A stretch of DNA of 46,749 bases, taken from positions 1 to 46,749 of the forward strand of contig JAPUKF010000292.1 in NCBI GenBank assembly GCA_027295805.1. Reading direction: 5' to 3'. A program made the position numbers and the translations under genes. Source of the stretch: Acidobacteriota bacterium. Its GTDB lineage: Bacteria > Acidobacteriota > Polarisedimenticolia > SMYD01. Below the pieces are notes generated by a model that was given only the letters and a program-made list of their open reading frames with translations, searched no databases and was not told the DNA's origin. Shown here piece by piece: positions 8,271 to 18,120 of the stretch (positions within the stretch are counted from its first letter, which is position 1; the number at the start of each line of letters is the position of its first letter).

Positions 8271-9019
8271 GGCCGCTCCCCTTCCCGACCCGATCCGGTG
8301 GCATCTTTGAGCAGCAGGACCTCCTCTCGGGAGAGGTGGCGGGTTTGTCCGGGCCTGAGACCGGGATCCTTGAGCGGCCCATAGGAGACGCGACGCAGGC
8401 GCAGAACCGGGTGATCGATCCGCCGGCACATCTCGCGAATCTGGTGCCTGCGTCCTTCCATGAGGATGATGCGCAGGACGGTGTGCCGATTCCGATGTTG
8501 CACTTCCGCCTGCGCCGGTAGGGTGTGCCTGCCTTCAATATGGAACGGTCGTCGCAGGCGGGCCAGGGCGCGGGCATCCACCTGCCCGCGAACCTTGACC
8601 AGGTACGTTTTCGGGACATGAGTTTCCGGGCGCATGAGGGAATGGGCGAGTTCGCCATCGTTGGTGAACAGCAGCAGGCCTTCAGAGTCGTAATCCAGGC
8701 GGCCCACTGGAAAGAGCTGCACGTCCGAGTCCGGCAGAAAATCCGCCACCGTTGTGCGCCCCTGGGGATCGGACAGAGTGGTCACACAGCCCCGTGGCTT
8801 GTACATGAGTACATAGAGAGGCCGGCGCCCGCGGGCAACCGGTTGCCCGTCAACTTCGATGCGGTCGGCCGGACTGACCCTGAGGCCCAGTTCGGTGACC
8901 ACGGTGCCATTGACGCGGATTCTCCCCGCCTGCAACAGGCGCTCCCCCTCGCGCCGGGAAGCGACGCCGGCGTGAGACAGGACTTTCTGGATACGCTGGC
9001 CGGTGCTTTGAGATGTCAC
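8267..9019 (-). CDS. rluB: Pseudouridine synthase, RsuA/RluB family
   Basis: N-terminal S4 domain RIQKVLSHAGVASRREGERLLQAGRIRVNG and catalytic GRLDYDSEGLLLFTNDG. GTG start overlaps the scpB stop (GTGA). Confidence 0.88.
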   Translation of the reverse strand: MTSQSTGQRIQKVLSHAGVASRREGERLLQAGRIRVNGTVVTELGLRVSPADRIEVDGQPVARGRRPLYVLMYKPRGCVTTLSDPQGRTTVADFLPDSDVQLFPVGRLDYDSEGLLLFTNDGELAHSLMRPETHVPKTYLVKVRGQVDARALARLRRPFHIEGRHTLPAQAEVQHRNRHTVLRIILMEGRRHQIREMCRRIDHPVLRLRRVSYGPLKDPGLRPGQTRHLSREEVLLLKDATGSGREGERP

Positions 9020-9735
9020 GATGATTCTCCAGCGCCATTGGCGCCGGCCCCGTCCGTGGGGGTGGAAGGTGGCTCCAGCGGGGAGGCCCCGGCTCCGGCA
9101 TCGCCTTCCTGCCCGCCGGTTTCATCTTGCAGAGGGAGGATGGCGCCGGCGTCGCCGCCGGGCAGCCGATCCAGGGCCGCTACCAGATGCTCGCTGGAAC
9201 CGTCGCCCATGACATCGCCGAACTCCTCCACAGGCGGCAACTCATCCAGAGTGGCCAGACCGAAATGCTCGAGGAAGAGCCGGGTTGTGCCATAGAGCAG
9301 CGGCTTCCCCACGGTGTCCTTGCGTCCGACAATACGGATCAGGCGGCGCTCTAGGAGAGTGCGCAGGACACCGTCGGCGGAGACGCCACGGATTTCCTGG
9401 ATTTCAGGATTGGTGATGGGCTGCTTGTACGCTATGATCGCACAGGTTTCCAGGGCGGCCCGTGAGAGTTTCTGGCGGTTCTTGATGCGGAAGAATTCCT
9501 TGACCGCGTCACCCAGTTCCGGTCGTGTGGAGAGGCGGAACCCGCCGGCAACCTCTTCGACCTGCAGGCCACTGGGTGCCATGGCATAGCGATTGGCAAG
9601 GCCGGAGATGGCTTCTTTGACCTGATCTTCGCTGGCGTGATCGATGAACGATGCCAGTTCTTTCGCCGGGACCGGGCGCTCCGAGACAAACAGAAGAGCC
9701 TCCACCAGGGCGGTCAGTTCCGCGAATGAAATCAT
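9016..9735 (-). CDS. scpB: Segregation and condensation protein B (ScpB)
   Basis: LVEALLFVSERPV..., two winged-helix-like halves (IAYKQPITNPEIQEIRGV), and an acidic/Gly-rich C-terminal tail. Confidence 0.88.
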   Translation of the reverse strand: MISFAELTALVEALLFVSERPVPAKELASFIDHASEDQVKEAISGLANRYAMAPSGLQVEEVAGGFRLSTRPELGDAVKEFFRIKNRQKLSRAALETCAIIAYKQPITNPEIQEIRGVSADGVLRTLLERRLIRIVGRKDTVGKPLLYGTTRLFLEHFGLATLDELPPVEEFGDVMGDGSSEHLVAALDRLPGGDAGAILPLQDETGGQEGDAGAGASPLEPPSTPTDGAGANGAGESS

Positions 9736-10502
9736 CAGACTTCTGTCCGGCAGAGCTGGATCTCGCCTGTGGGGCGCAACTGCACCGCGTGCAGGAAACC
9801 GGTCTTCATGAGTTCCAGAATAGCCAGGAAGGTCACCACGAGGATGTCGAGTCCCGCATTCATGGGCAGGAGTTCCCTGAAGTCGATGCGTGGAGTGGAC
9901 GCGAGGATCGCGCGCACCTGGGCGATGCGGTCGGAGAGAGGTATGTACTCATCCCGGCGAGTGAGGGCATCGCGTCTTGCAGATGTCTCAAGAAAGCTCT
10001 TGAAGGCGTTCAGAAGATCGAAGAGCCCGGCTTCCAGGTAACCCTGCTCCTGGGGCTCGATGTCGCCCTGGCGCGTGAAAACCAGAGAAGCCATGACCTC
10101 CCGCTCAGCCAGGTCACTCGCCGCTTGGCGGAACTGCTCGTGTTCCAGAAGGGCCTGGACGAGATTCTGGCGCGGGTCCTCCTCCAGCCCTTCCTGGATC
10201 CGGTCCTGATCCACCGGCAGGATCAACTTGCTCTTGATGTAAACAAGGGTCGCGGCCATGACCAGGAACTCCCCTGCCACATCCAGGTTCAGAACCCCCA
10301 TGCGGTTGATCATCTCGTCGTATTGCCGTGCCACCTCGGCCATGGGAAGGTCGGTGATGTCCAGCTCTTGACTGCGGATCAGGTGGAGGAGAAGGTCCAG
10401 CGGACCTTCGAAACTGGGCAGAACAAATCTGTAGCTGGACTGGCCGGCTGTTCCGTGTTCTGGCATGGGAGAAACTGTTTCCATGGTCATGAATTCAGAC
10501 AT
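9735..10502 (-). CDS. scpA: Segregation and condensation protein A (ScpA kleisin)
   Basis: FEGPLDLLLHLIRSQELDITDLPMAEVARQY. The start is uncertain (in-frame ATGs at 10556, 10502, 10490, 10484 and 10466). The stop overlaps the scpB ATG by 1 nt. Confidence 0.85.
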   Translation of the reverse strand: MSEFMTMETVSPMPEHGTAGQSSYRFVLPSFEGPLDLLLHLIRSQELDITDLPMAEVARQYDEMINRMGVLNLDVAGEFLVMAATLVYIKSKLILPVDQDRIQEGLEEDPRQNLVQALLEHEQFRQAASDLAEREVMASLVFTRQGDIEPQEQGYLEAGLFDLLNAFKSFLETSARRDALTRRDEYIPLSDRIAQVRAILASTPRIDFRELLPMNAGLDILVVTFLAILELMKTGFLHAVQLRPTGEIQLCRTEV

Positions 10503-10625
10503 CCCAGGGCCGGGCCGGTGGGATGGAAAAGCTTGATGGCACAGGCTTTCCTGCATCAAGTTAACATGGCGCCGCGCGCAGCGTCAATGCGGGATCCAGG
10601 GGCGGCTGCCGGCCTGAATGCCGGT

Positions 10626-11456
10626 TCAGGGCGCGGTTGTCTGGAACTCGAAAGTCACACCGCCAAAAGCGACCTTATCGCCATGGCGAATGCGCACCTG
10701 GGTCCCTTGGTCGACCTGGTCTCCGTTGATTTCGGTGCCGTTGAGCGCGCCGACTTCCTCGGAGACGGTATATCCCTCATCGTCGAAGCTCAGGATGGCA
10801 TGCCGGCGCGATACCGAGCGCTTCAGATCCAGCAACGTCAGATCCACCTCGGGGCGCATTCCGGTCACCGGGTCGAAACGGCCGACGTGAATCCTGGTGC
10901 CCTCAAGGGGAAAAACTTCACTCCCTCCCACATGAACCAGGCAGGCCGTTCCGGCGCCCGCCGGTGCCGGTTCTGAACCCCCACTGCCTTCCTGGGTAGG
11001 TGGTGGAGCGTCGTCCATGACTCGCGGTGTTTCTTCGGGGCATGGTGGTTCCGGGGGAGCCGCGACGTCTCCCTCGGCGGCGAGGGGTGGTCGGTGTGCA
11101 GAGGTGAGGCGACTCTCCGCCTGCGCGAGACGGAACGACAATTTGCGCAGCATGCGCACCGCCAGCTCGATGTTGGACCGGATCATCCTGTCGAAGAGAG
11201 CCGGCCCGATCTCGATAGCCTCGCAGGCCTCTTTGGCCACGGCTGAATAGGTACGGGGCGTCCCCTCCAGGAGGGACATCTCCCCGAAGAAATCTCCTCT
11301 CTCCAGGGTGGCCAGGACCTCCTCCCCGTCCTTCCCGACCAGATCGATGACTCCCGACTGGATGACGAAGAGAGTCTGACCGTCCTCACCGGTGGTGAAG
11401 ATGGCATCGCCAGCGTCGAAACGGGCGAGATAGTCTGCGAAAGGTGATTGAGCCAT
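10626..11456 (-). CDS. Cyclic-nucleotide-binding domain / FHA domain fusion protein
   Basis: N-terminal half: IFTTGEDGQTLFVIQSGVIDLV...GDFFGEMSLLEGTPRTYSAVA (cNMP-binding beta-roll). C-terminal half: IHVGRF...VSRRHAILSFDDEGYTVSEEVGALNGTEINGDQV...IRHGDKVAFG (FHA). Confidence 0.8.
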   Translation of the reverse strand: MAQSPFADYLARFDAGDAIFTTGEDGQTLFVIQSGVIDLVGKDGEEVLATLERGDFFGEMSLLEGTPRTYSAVAKEACEAIEIGPALFDRMIRSNIELAVRMLRKLSFRLAQAESRLTSAHRPPLAAEGDVAAPPEPPCPEETPRVMDDAPPPTQEGSGGSEPAPAGAGTACLVHVGGSEVFPLEGTRIHVGRFDPVTGMRPEVDLTLLDLKRSVSRRHAILSFDDEGYTVSEEVGALNGTEINGDQVDQGTQVRIRHGDKVAFGGVTFEFQTTAP

Positions 11457-11547
11457 GGCGGATTCCCTGTTAATGAATAAGCACTGAAACCGGGGAGTTC
11501 AAGGTGGCGGGAAGGGTTCCGGCCATGACTTTTTAAGTAGTTTAGAT

Positions 11548-13497
11548 TCAGCGAGTTGGGTGGTCTTGCGAGGGTGTCCCCGGAGTCGCCGGCCCGCGTC
11601 GCGCAGCGGGAATGGACGGGTCCAGTGACCGGGCCTTCTCATGGGCCTTGCTGGCGAGCTCCGCGTGTCCCAGGGCCGCCTCTATCTCACCCAGCATCAC
11701 CCAGCCGAGGGCGTCGCCGGGGCTCGCACGTGTCGCCTGGGTGGCCTCCTGAAGAGCCTCCTGCAGGCGGCCCATCTTCAGGAGGGTTGCGGCTATATTG
11801 CGGCGGATCACGCCGGTACCGACGCCGGTGCCCAGGGCACGCCGGTAGGCGGCCAGGGCGTCCTCCAGGCGTCCGGCGGCCCGGTAGACCTGCCCCAGGT
11901 TGTTCCAGCCGTTGGCCAGTCCGGGCGCGAGGCGGGTCGCCTCTTCCAGCGCCGAGATGGCTTCAGGGATCTTTCCCTGCGCGGAGAGGACCCGCCCCAG
12001 GCCTTCATGGGCGGTAGCCAGATCGGGGTCCAGTGCCAGGGCGCGCCGGAAAAGGCCGGCCGCGCCTTCGAGACGCCCCTGGCGCACTAGCATCTGCCCG
12101 GCCCAGGCGGCACCGAACGCCGAGGAGAGAGCGTCGGTGCCTTCGCCTCCGGGAGGCAGAAGATCCTCAGGTGCCACCTGGGGAGGTGGTTCCCTGGGCC
12201 AGAGCGCAGCCGCGATGGCAGGCAAGAGCAGGGAGGCAATGTGCCGGTGCCCTTTTGGCGAGGGGTGGCAGTAATCCAGAACCATCTCGCTCCCGACGAT
12301 GCCGCGGGGTGAGACCGACGCCAGCACCTCCCCGGCATTCAATGCAGGCGCGGCGCCGCTCCGTGCCGCCGCGCGCAGGATCTCAAGCAGGGGCCCGGTG
12401 ATGCGGATAGGCACGGTGTCCCGGTCCCGAGCCTCACGCAGGGCCTCCAGGTCCCCCGGCCGCCCCAGTTCCATGAGAAGTTGACCGCGAAGAAAGTGAA
12501 CCGCTGCCGGCAGGGGATCCAGGGCCAGGGCTTCATCCACTTTCTCCAGGGCGCCCACAAGGTCGCCCGCCCTCTGCAGGCGTCGGGCGGCAGCAACGGC
12601 GGTGTCCCGCTGGTCGCGGGCCGGCGCGGATAAGCGGTCATCCCAGGCTGATCCCTCAGGACGCCAGTCACGGAGGTTGCTCGCTGGCAGTACCAGGAAG
12701 AGGGGGACGTCACCGGCGCGCGCGAGAGCGGACATTTCAGCCACGCTGAAGCGGAATTGCTCCTGCACCAGGGCGTCTTCCCGGGGGTCCCGGGTCTGGC
12801 GGCGAGAATCGTCGCGAAGGGGGCCGGTGCCGAAAGGATCGGTATCGCCGCTCTGGGTCGAGGGATCCGGAAGGAGAGGATCGAGGAGGCGGCGCATGGC
12901 AACGTAAATGCGTATCCTGTTCAACCCGGCGCGCAACTGCCGTCGCCAGAACGGTTCGCTGAGAAACGGCGCGTAGAAACGTCGCTCCACATACTCGTTG
13001 TGACCCATGTAGGCAATGAATCCATCGGGGTCGTAAGCGGTCAATTCACGCATGACGTTCAGAACCCGGCGGGAGCCGTAGGACATGCCGCCGCAGTTGA
13101 TCAGCTCGTAATGCATCTCCGGGTGGATGAGCCGCAGACCTTGGGCCGTGGCGGCGCAGAAGGAGATGCGATTGTCATAGGGGAATCCGAAGCTCGAGGA
13201 GCCGCCCAGGCAGAACAGGCGCACCGTGCCCGGGGCTTTGACCCTGGGAAACTCCTGGGCGTTGAACGGCCCTATCCTGTCCTGCCGGGTGCGCAATACT
13301 TCCCGGCCGTCGGCGAGTGTGACGGGCACGAAAAGCGGCTCGGTGGCGGAGAAGCCGGCGAAAGGATCGGGGCGGTGGCCGGGACCGCCGAAGCCCGCCA
13401 GGCGCAGGACCAGCTCTGCCAGCAGCAGCAGGGCAGCGCCGACGCTGAGAGCGGCGAGGCGGCGGCCGGCGCCGCTTCTAGAGTTGCTGGCGGCCAC
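11548..13497 (-). CDS. Membrane-anchored SGNH-hydrolase-like / TPR repeat protein
   Basis: N-terminal hydrophobic helix AALSVGAALLLLAELVLRLAG. SGNH-like blocks: RLFCLGGSSSFGFP, INCGGMSYGS, GHNEY. The C-terminal half has repeated TPR-like A-x-x-x-Y/F-x-x-A-L-x-x-D/P motifs. GTG 13497 was chosen because the ORF upstream of it overlaps serS. Confidence 0.7.
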   Translation of the reverse strand: MAASNSRSGAGRRLAALSVGAALLLLAELVLRLAGFGGPGHRPDPFAGFSATEPLFVPVTLADGREVLRTRQDRIGPFNAQEFPRVKAPGTVRLFCLGGSSSFGFPYDNRISFCAATAQGLRLIHPEMHYELINCGGMSYGSRRVLNVMRELTAYDPDGFIAYMGHNEYVERRFYAPFLSEPFWRRQLRAGLNRIRIYVAMRRLLDPLLPDPSTQSGDTDPFGTGPLRDDSRRQTRDPREDALVQEQFRFSVAEMSALARAGDVPLFLVLPASNLRDWRPEGSAWDDRLSAPARDQRDTAVAAARRLQRAGDLVGALEKVDEALALDPLPAAVHFLRGQLLMELGRPGDLEALREARDRDTVPIRITGPLLEILRAAARSGAAPALNAGEVLASVSPRGIVGSEMVLDYCHPSPKGHRHIASLLLPAIAAALWPREPPPQVAPEDLLPPGGEGTDALSSAFGAAWAGQMLVRQGRLEGAAGLFRRALALDPDLATAHEGLGRVLSAQGKIPEAISALEEATRLAPGLANGWNNLGQVYRAAGRLEDALAAYRRALGTGVGTGVIRRNIAATLLKMGRLQEALQEATQATRASPGDALGWVMLGEIEAALGHAELASKAHEKARSLDPSIPAARRGPATPGTPSQDHPTR

Positions 13498-14734
13498 CCA
13501 GATAGGGTCGCAGGTCGGTGGGAATCCGCACGCTGCGATCTTCCTGCTGGTGGTTCTCGATGAGGGCGATGATGGTCCTGCCGATGGCCACGGCCGTGCC
13601 ATTGAGGGTATGCAGCAAAGCCGTGCCATCCTTGCCCCGGAAGCGCGCGCCCAGGCGGCGAGCCTGATAGTCGGTGCAGTTGGAGCAGGATGTCACTTCC
13701 CGGAAAGCAGCCTGGCCGGGCATCCAGGCTTCCAGATCGTACTTTCGCGCGGCCGGGGCACCCAGGTCGCCGGTGCAGACATGAACCACCTGGTAGGGGA
13801 TTTCAAGGCTGCTCAGGATCCCTTCCTCCACCTCCAGGATCAAGAGGTGCTCGTCATGGGATGCGGCCGGCTTGCAGAAAGAGAACATCTCAACCTTGTC
13901 GAATTGATGCACCCTGAAAATGCCGCGGGTGTCCTTGCCGTAAGTCCCGGCCTCTTTGCGCAGGCAGGTTGAGAATCCCGCATAGCGCACGGGCAGATCC
14001 GACTCCGGCAGGGTCTCCTCCATGTGCAGGGCAGCCAGGGAGACTTCGGAGGTTCCTACCAGGTAGGCGTCTTCATCTTCGATCTTGTAGATCTCATTGC
14101 GATCCGCCGGGAAGAAGCCCGTGCCATACATGGCCGCTTCGCGCACAACAATGGGAGGCACCACCGGCTTGAACCCCGCGGCGATCACACGATCCATGGC
14201 GAAGCGCACCAGCGCCAGCTCCAACTCGACCAGCTCACCCATGAGGTAGGCAAAGCGGCTGCCGGAAGAACGGGCCGCACGCTTGACATCAATCCAGCCC
14301 CGGGCTTCGCCCAGGTCGAGATGATCCAGAAGATCGAACGAGGTCCGGCGTGGCTCCCCTACCTTCCGCAGCACCACGTTGGCGTCATCGCCGACACCGT
14401 CAGGAACATCTCCATGGGGCGGGTTGGGGATGCGCAGGAGAGCCAGGCGTAATTCTTCCTCCTGCTGTCGGAGGTCCGGTTCAGCCTCCTTGAGACGAAT
14501 GGCCACGCGCTTCATATCGGCCAGGACCTCCGCCTTTTCTTTTCCGGTGGTCCTGGGGATGCGGCGGGATGCGGCATTCCGGGCCGCGCGCAGTTCCTCC
14601 AGTTCGGCCTTGAGGCGCCTCACACTGGCATCGGCGGCAAGCACCTGATCCAGATCTTCACTCCCATACCGCTTGCGCCCGAGGGCAGCGCGAAACTGTT
14701 CAGGGTCGGCACGCAGGCTCTTGAGATCGATCAC
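13478..14734 (-). CDS. serS: Serine--tRNA ligase
   Basis: VIDLKSLRADPEQFRAAL, a coiled-coil arm, then the class II core (FAYLMGELVELELALVRFAMD, YAGFSTCLRKEAG, RVHQFDKVEMF, NGTAVAIGRTIIALIEN). GTG 14734 has GGAGGA 8 nt upstream. Confidence 0.92.
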   Translation of the reverse strand: MIDLKSLRADPEQFRAALGRKRYGSEDLDQVLAADASVRRLKAELEELRAARNAASRRIPRTTGKEKAEVLADMKRVAIRLKEAEPDLRQQEEELRLALLRIPNPPHGDVPDGVGDDANVVLRKVGEPRRTSFDLLDHLDLGEARGWIDVKRAARSSGSRFAYLMGELVELELALVRFAMDRVIAAGFKPVVPPIVVREAAMYGTGFFPADRNEIYKIEDEDAYLVGTSEVSLAALHMEETLPESDLPVRYAGFSTCLRKEAGTYGKDTRGIFRVHQFDKVEMFSFCKPAASHDEHLLILEVEEGILSSLEIPYQVVHVCTGDLGAPAARKYDLEAWMPGQAAFREVTSCSNCTDYQARRLGARFRGKDGTALLHTLNGTAVAIGRTIIALIENHQQEDRSVRIPTDLRPYLGGRQQL

Positions 14735-14803
14735 CGGGATGCATCCTCCAGGCGCCGGGCGGCAACATCGCAACGTACTGAGGAGAAGGACGTTAGCATA
14801 AAA

Positions 14804-14832
14804 TTGACAGGTGCCGAGACGCACCGTACGAT
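14804..14832 (+). promoter_or_regulatory. Sigma-70-type promoter for the 14855-18103 gene
   Basis: TTGACA (14804-14809), 17-nt spacer, TACGAT (14827-14832). GGAAGGA Shine-Dalgarno lies before ATG 14855. Confidence 0.4.
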
Positions 14833-14854
14833 TCGCCTCTACGGAAGGAATCTG

Positions 14855-17800
14855 ATGTCTCGTCCTCACGCGCTGTTCTCCCCTCCGGCAGAAACAACCC
14901 TGGCCCTTGTCGCGGGTTTGCAGTGCAGCCTGCTTCTTTCGGGATGGACATTTCTCATGACGCCGGGAGGCGGGAGCCTGGCGCCGGACCCTCTGGCCCT
15001 GGGCGTCTGGCTCGCAGGGCTGATCCTGGGGCTTGCAAGAGTGAATGTGGATCGCCGCCTTCTCTTGCCGCTGGTCGCTCTGGGGCCGGCTCTCGCCTTC
15101 CTGGCGGCTGCCCTCCTCCTGCGGATTCCCGCCGCCGGCGTCGCGGCAACGTTGCTGCAACTTGGCCTGGCTCTTTCGGCTCTGGCGCCGTGCGGGTATC
15201 TGGCCGGACGGCTGCTCGCCCGGGATGGCCAGGGGGTGCCGGAACGGTTGTGGCTCGGAGTGGCGGCCGGCACCCTGGTGTGGGTGCTTGCGCCGGGCCC
15301 CTGGCAGGTTGTGCTCGCTTTTGCCGTCGCCCCCGTGACCTTGCTGCTGGCACTGGCCAGGAGCCCATGGGTGCCCTCTCGCAGGATGGCCGGCGATGAG
15401 GTCGTGGACCCGCCCGCGTCGACTGCTGCCGAGGACCTGGCTCAGGGCGCCGGCGTGGCTCTGGTTGTGACCGCCCTGGTGGCGTGGGGGCAGATTCTTC
15501 TCCTTCTATGTGGCAACTGGCCTGCCATGCGCCTGACACTGCCATTCATGCTGGCCCTGGGTGGTTTCCTGGGTGTCCGGGCCGCGCGCAGGTGGGGCCG
15601 TCGGGGCCGTGGAATTTGGCTGCTGACGCTCGCTTCACTCTGGAACCTTGCTGCTGCCGGGATGGTGGGTTGGGTGGCATGGCTGGTCGTGGGCATGGGG
15701 GCGGCCAGGACTCCGCGACCTCTCACCGCCGCCCTGCTGGCGGCCGGATTGACCATCCTGCCCCTCACTCTCTTCGCGGTCATGGGCTGGACCCTCCAGG
15801 CGACAGGCCAGGGGGATCGGCGGGTGCCCCGGCAGCGGCAGGTCAGGAGCATCGGGGCCTTGATCGGGCTGACCCTGGCTCTGCTGTTCCTGGGGCCGGC
15901 ATTGGGGGTGGGCCGCCTGCTCGTCTTCGCCGCCGCCGCACTCCCACTGGGAGTCGCCCTGCCTACCTTCCTGGGGCGCGCAGAGGCGAGCTTCCGGGCG
16001 CGCCGTGTGTTTGTCTCGCTGGCTCTGTTGGCGGCGAGCCTCAGCGGGCTTGTCCTCACGCCTGTCGACGTCCGTTTGCTGGCAGCTGGTGCAGGCTGGA
16101 ATCCTCATCAGTTTGCCGTCAACCACCGGCCGGCCCTGCCCGCAACACTGGGGCGCTTGCGCCTGCTGGGCACGACCGGCGGGCCCAACGGATTGGTTGC
16201 TGCCCGGGAGACATCCGATCAGCACGTTGATCTTGCCTGGCAGGGATGGAGCCTGGGACGTGAGGACCGCAGAGCCGCCGTCAGGGTGGCGGCCGCACTC
16301 CCCGTCATGCTGGCTCCTCAGGCCCGCAGCGCGGGCGTGGTCGGAGATCGGGCCGGCTATCTCACGAAGGCTCTTCTGCAGATTCACCCCGACCTCGAGG
16401 TGGCCCGCTACGAGGTGCTGGCATCCCTGGATACCTTGCAGCCGGCCCATGATGACCTGTTCCCCCGGGCAGCGGTTTCCCCATGGGCCCTGGGTGGTCC
16501 TTACGACATCCTCCTCATGCAGCCGCTGCCTGCCCATGTGGTGGCCAGTGGTGCCGCCTGGTCCCGGCAGGCGCTGGATAGAGCCCGTACCTGCCTCGCC
16601 CCGGGGGGCCTTGTGGCCCTCAGGCTGGAGGCGGGACAGTTGTCTGTCCAGGCTCTCTACCGTTCCCTGCGCACGTTCAATGCGGTTTTCCCCGCGGCCA
16701 CTCTCTGGTTTGATGGCCAGGGACTCGTGCTTCTGGGAGCACGAGATCATCTCGTGGTTGATCTGCCGGCATTCGAGAGGCGCTTTCGACGTGCTGCCGG
16801 GGCTCTCCACGAGGCGGGCATGAACCGCCCGGTGGACTTGCTGGCCCGCTACCTGATGTCGGCGCGCGGCATGGCAAAACTGGTAGGCGGCGTGAAGCCG
16901 GAGACCCGGTTCTGGCCCCGTCTGGCATTCGCCGATCCCGCGGCGGCGGCTGGCTCACACTGGCCGGACACCCTGCTCACCCAGCGGGCCAAAGCGGAGG
17001 ATCTGCTCTCTTTCTTCCCTGGCTTGGAATCTGCTGCCCGGGAGAATCTCCTCGATAGCCTGGGCCGCGAAATGCAGGCCACGTTGTGGTGGTTGCGTAT
17101 GCTCGCCGCGGCATCCGGGCCACGGGAAGATGGCAGGGAAACCCTGGCCCTGCACCGGAAGGCGCTGGAGTTCGGCGGCGCGGCGCTGGAATTGCGCCCC
17201 CGCGATGCGGCTCTGAAAAGGGCATTGGCTGCGGCCGTCTTTCGAGCCGCTGGAGAAACTCTTGCAGCGGGATTGCAGGACGATGCCATGGTGCTCCTCG
17301 AGCGGGCGGCCAAGCTGGATCCACAGCGGGTGGAATACCAGGTCGAGATGTATGGCCTCAGCCTGGCGCGTCGAGCGGGAGCGTCGGCCCAACGCCGGCT
17401 ATCTGCTCTGGCGCTGCGCTTCCCCGCATCCTATCCCGTCCTTCTGGCCCAGGCGGATCGCCGACTCGACCAGAGCGACATCGATGCAGGCGAAGCCTTC
17501 CTGCGGCGAGCCGCCGACACGGGCTTCGACACGGCGGCTCTGCACCTGGGCCTGGCGCGCGTTGCCATAGCCCGTGGCCGGATGGACGCCGGCCGGAGCC
17601 ACGTGGCCCATGGCGTGCGCATGGCGCCGGATAAGGCGCTGGCACTGGCGGATATCGGTGGCAGCCTTGTGGCCAGTCAATCAGCCCTGGCGCGCACCTA
17701 CCTGAGCGCTGCTCTGGATCTTGGCAATCGCCGAGTGGAGGTGCTGGGGCCTCTGGGTCAGCTTGCCCGGGAGCAGGGGGATTATGGCCCGGCCATCGAC

Positions 17801-18103
17801 CTGTTCACCGAGGCCGTAGCCGCAGCGCCGGAGCGCGCGCGCCTGCGGCTCGAGCTGGGCAGCACCCTGCTGGTGGCAGGGCGTTCCAGCGAGGCCCTGG
17901 AGCACCTGCGCCGGGCTGAGGAGCTGGCGCCGGGAGACGCCATCATTCGCTTGAACCTGGCGGTGGCCCTGGTCAAGGAGGGCCGGATGGATGAAGCACG
18001 GCGTCATCTGGATGCTATGGGAGAGCGGTTGGTGGATAATCCCGTCTATCAGAGTCTGCGTCGGCGACTGCAACCCGCCGCCCCAGGCGGGGGCACGCGC
18101 TGA
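14855..18103 (+). CDS. Polytopic membrane protein with a spermidine-synthase-like (class I MTase fold) module and C-terminal TPR repeats
   Basis: The first roughly 420 aa are Ala/Leu/Gly-rich hydrophobic helices. The middle reads YDILLMQPLP...RTCLAPGGLVALRL...RTFNAVFPAATLW, resembling the PABS core, but the GxGxG position reads GDRAGY. The C-terminal roughly 350 aa are TPR-like. Confidence 0.75.
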   Translation: MSRPHALFSPPAETTLALVAGLQCSLLLSGWTFLMTPGGGSLAPDPLALGVWLAGLILGLARVNVDRRLLLPLVALGPALAFLAAALLLRIPAAGVAATLLQLGLALSALAPCGYLAGRLLARDGQGVPERLWLGVAAGTLVWVLAPGPWQVVLAFAVAPVTLLLALARSPWVPSRRMAGDEVVDPPASTAAEDLAQGAGVALVVTALVAWGQILLLLCGNWPAMRLTLPFMLALGGFLGVRAARRWGRRGRGIWLLTLASLWNLAAAGMVGWVAWLVVGMGAARTPRPLTAALLAAGLTILPLTLFAVMGWTLQATGQGDRRVPRQRQVRSIGALIGLTLALLFLGPALGVGRLLVFAAAALPLGVALPTFLGRAEASFRARRVFVSLALLAASLSGLVLTPVDVRLLAAGAGWNPHQFAVNHRPALPATLGRLRLLGTTGGPNGLVAARETSDQHVDLAWQGWSLGREDRRAAVRVAAALPVMLAPQARSAGVVGDRAGYLTKALLQIHPDLEVARYEVLASLDTLQPAHDDLFPRAAVSPWALGGPYDILLMQPLPAHVVASGAAWSRQALDRARTCLAPGGLVALRLEAGQLSVQALYRSLRTFNAVFPAATLWFDGQGLVLLGARDHLVVDLPAFERRFRRAAGALHEAGMNRPVDLLARYLMSARGMAKLVGGVKPETRFWPRLAFADPAAAAGSHWPDTLLTQRAKAEDLLSFFPGLESAARENLLDSLGREMQATLWWLRMLAAASGPREDGRETLALHRKALEFGGAALELRPRDAALKRALAAAVFRAAGETLAAGLQDDAMVLLERAAKLDPQRVEYQVEMYGLSLARRAGASAQRRLSALALRFPASYPVLLAQADRRLDQSDIDAGEAFLRRAADTGFDTAALHLGLARVAIARGRMDAGRSHVAHGVRMAPDKALALADIGGSLVASQSALARTYLSAALDLGNRRVEVLGPLGQLAREQGDYGPAIDLFTEAVAAAPERARLRLELGSTLLVAGRSSEALEHLRRAEELAPGDAIIRLNLAVALVKEGRMDEARRHLDAMGERLVDNPVYQSLRRRLQPAAPGGGTR

Positions 18104-18120
18104 ATCCTGCCGGCGACCTG

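Noticed and set aside
13498-13629. N-terminal 44 codons of the 693-aa TPR ORF, and the TTG 14804 start of the 1099-aa ORF
   Set aside because: The first overlaps the conserved serS C-terminus in another frame. The second is the TTG of the TTGACA -35 box. Downstream starts (GTG 13497 and ATG 14855 with GGAAGGA) fit better.
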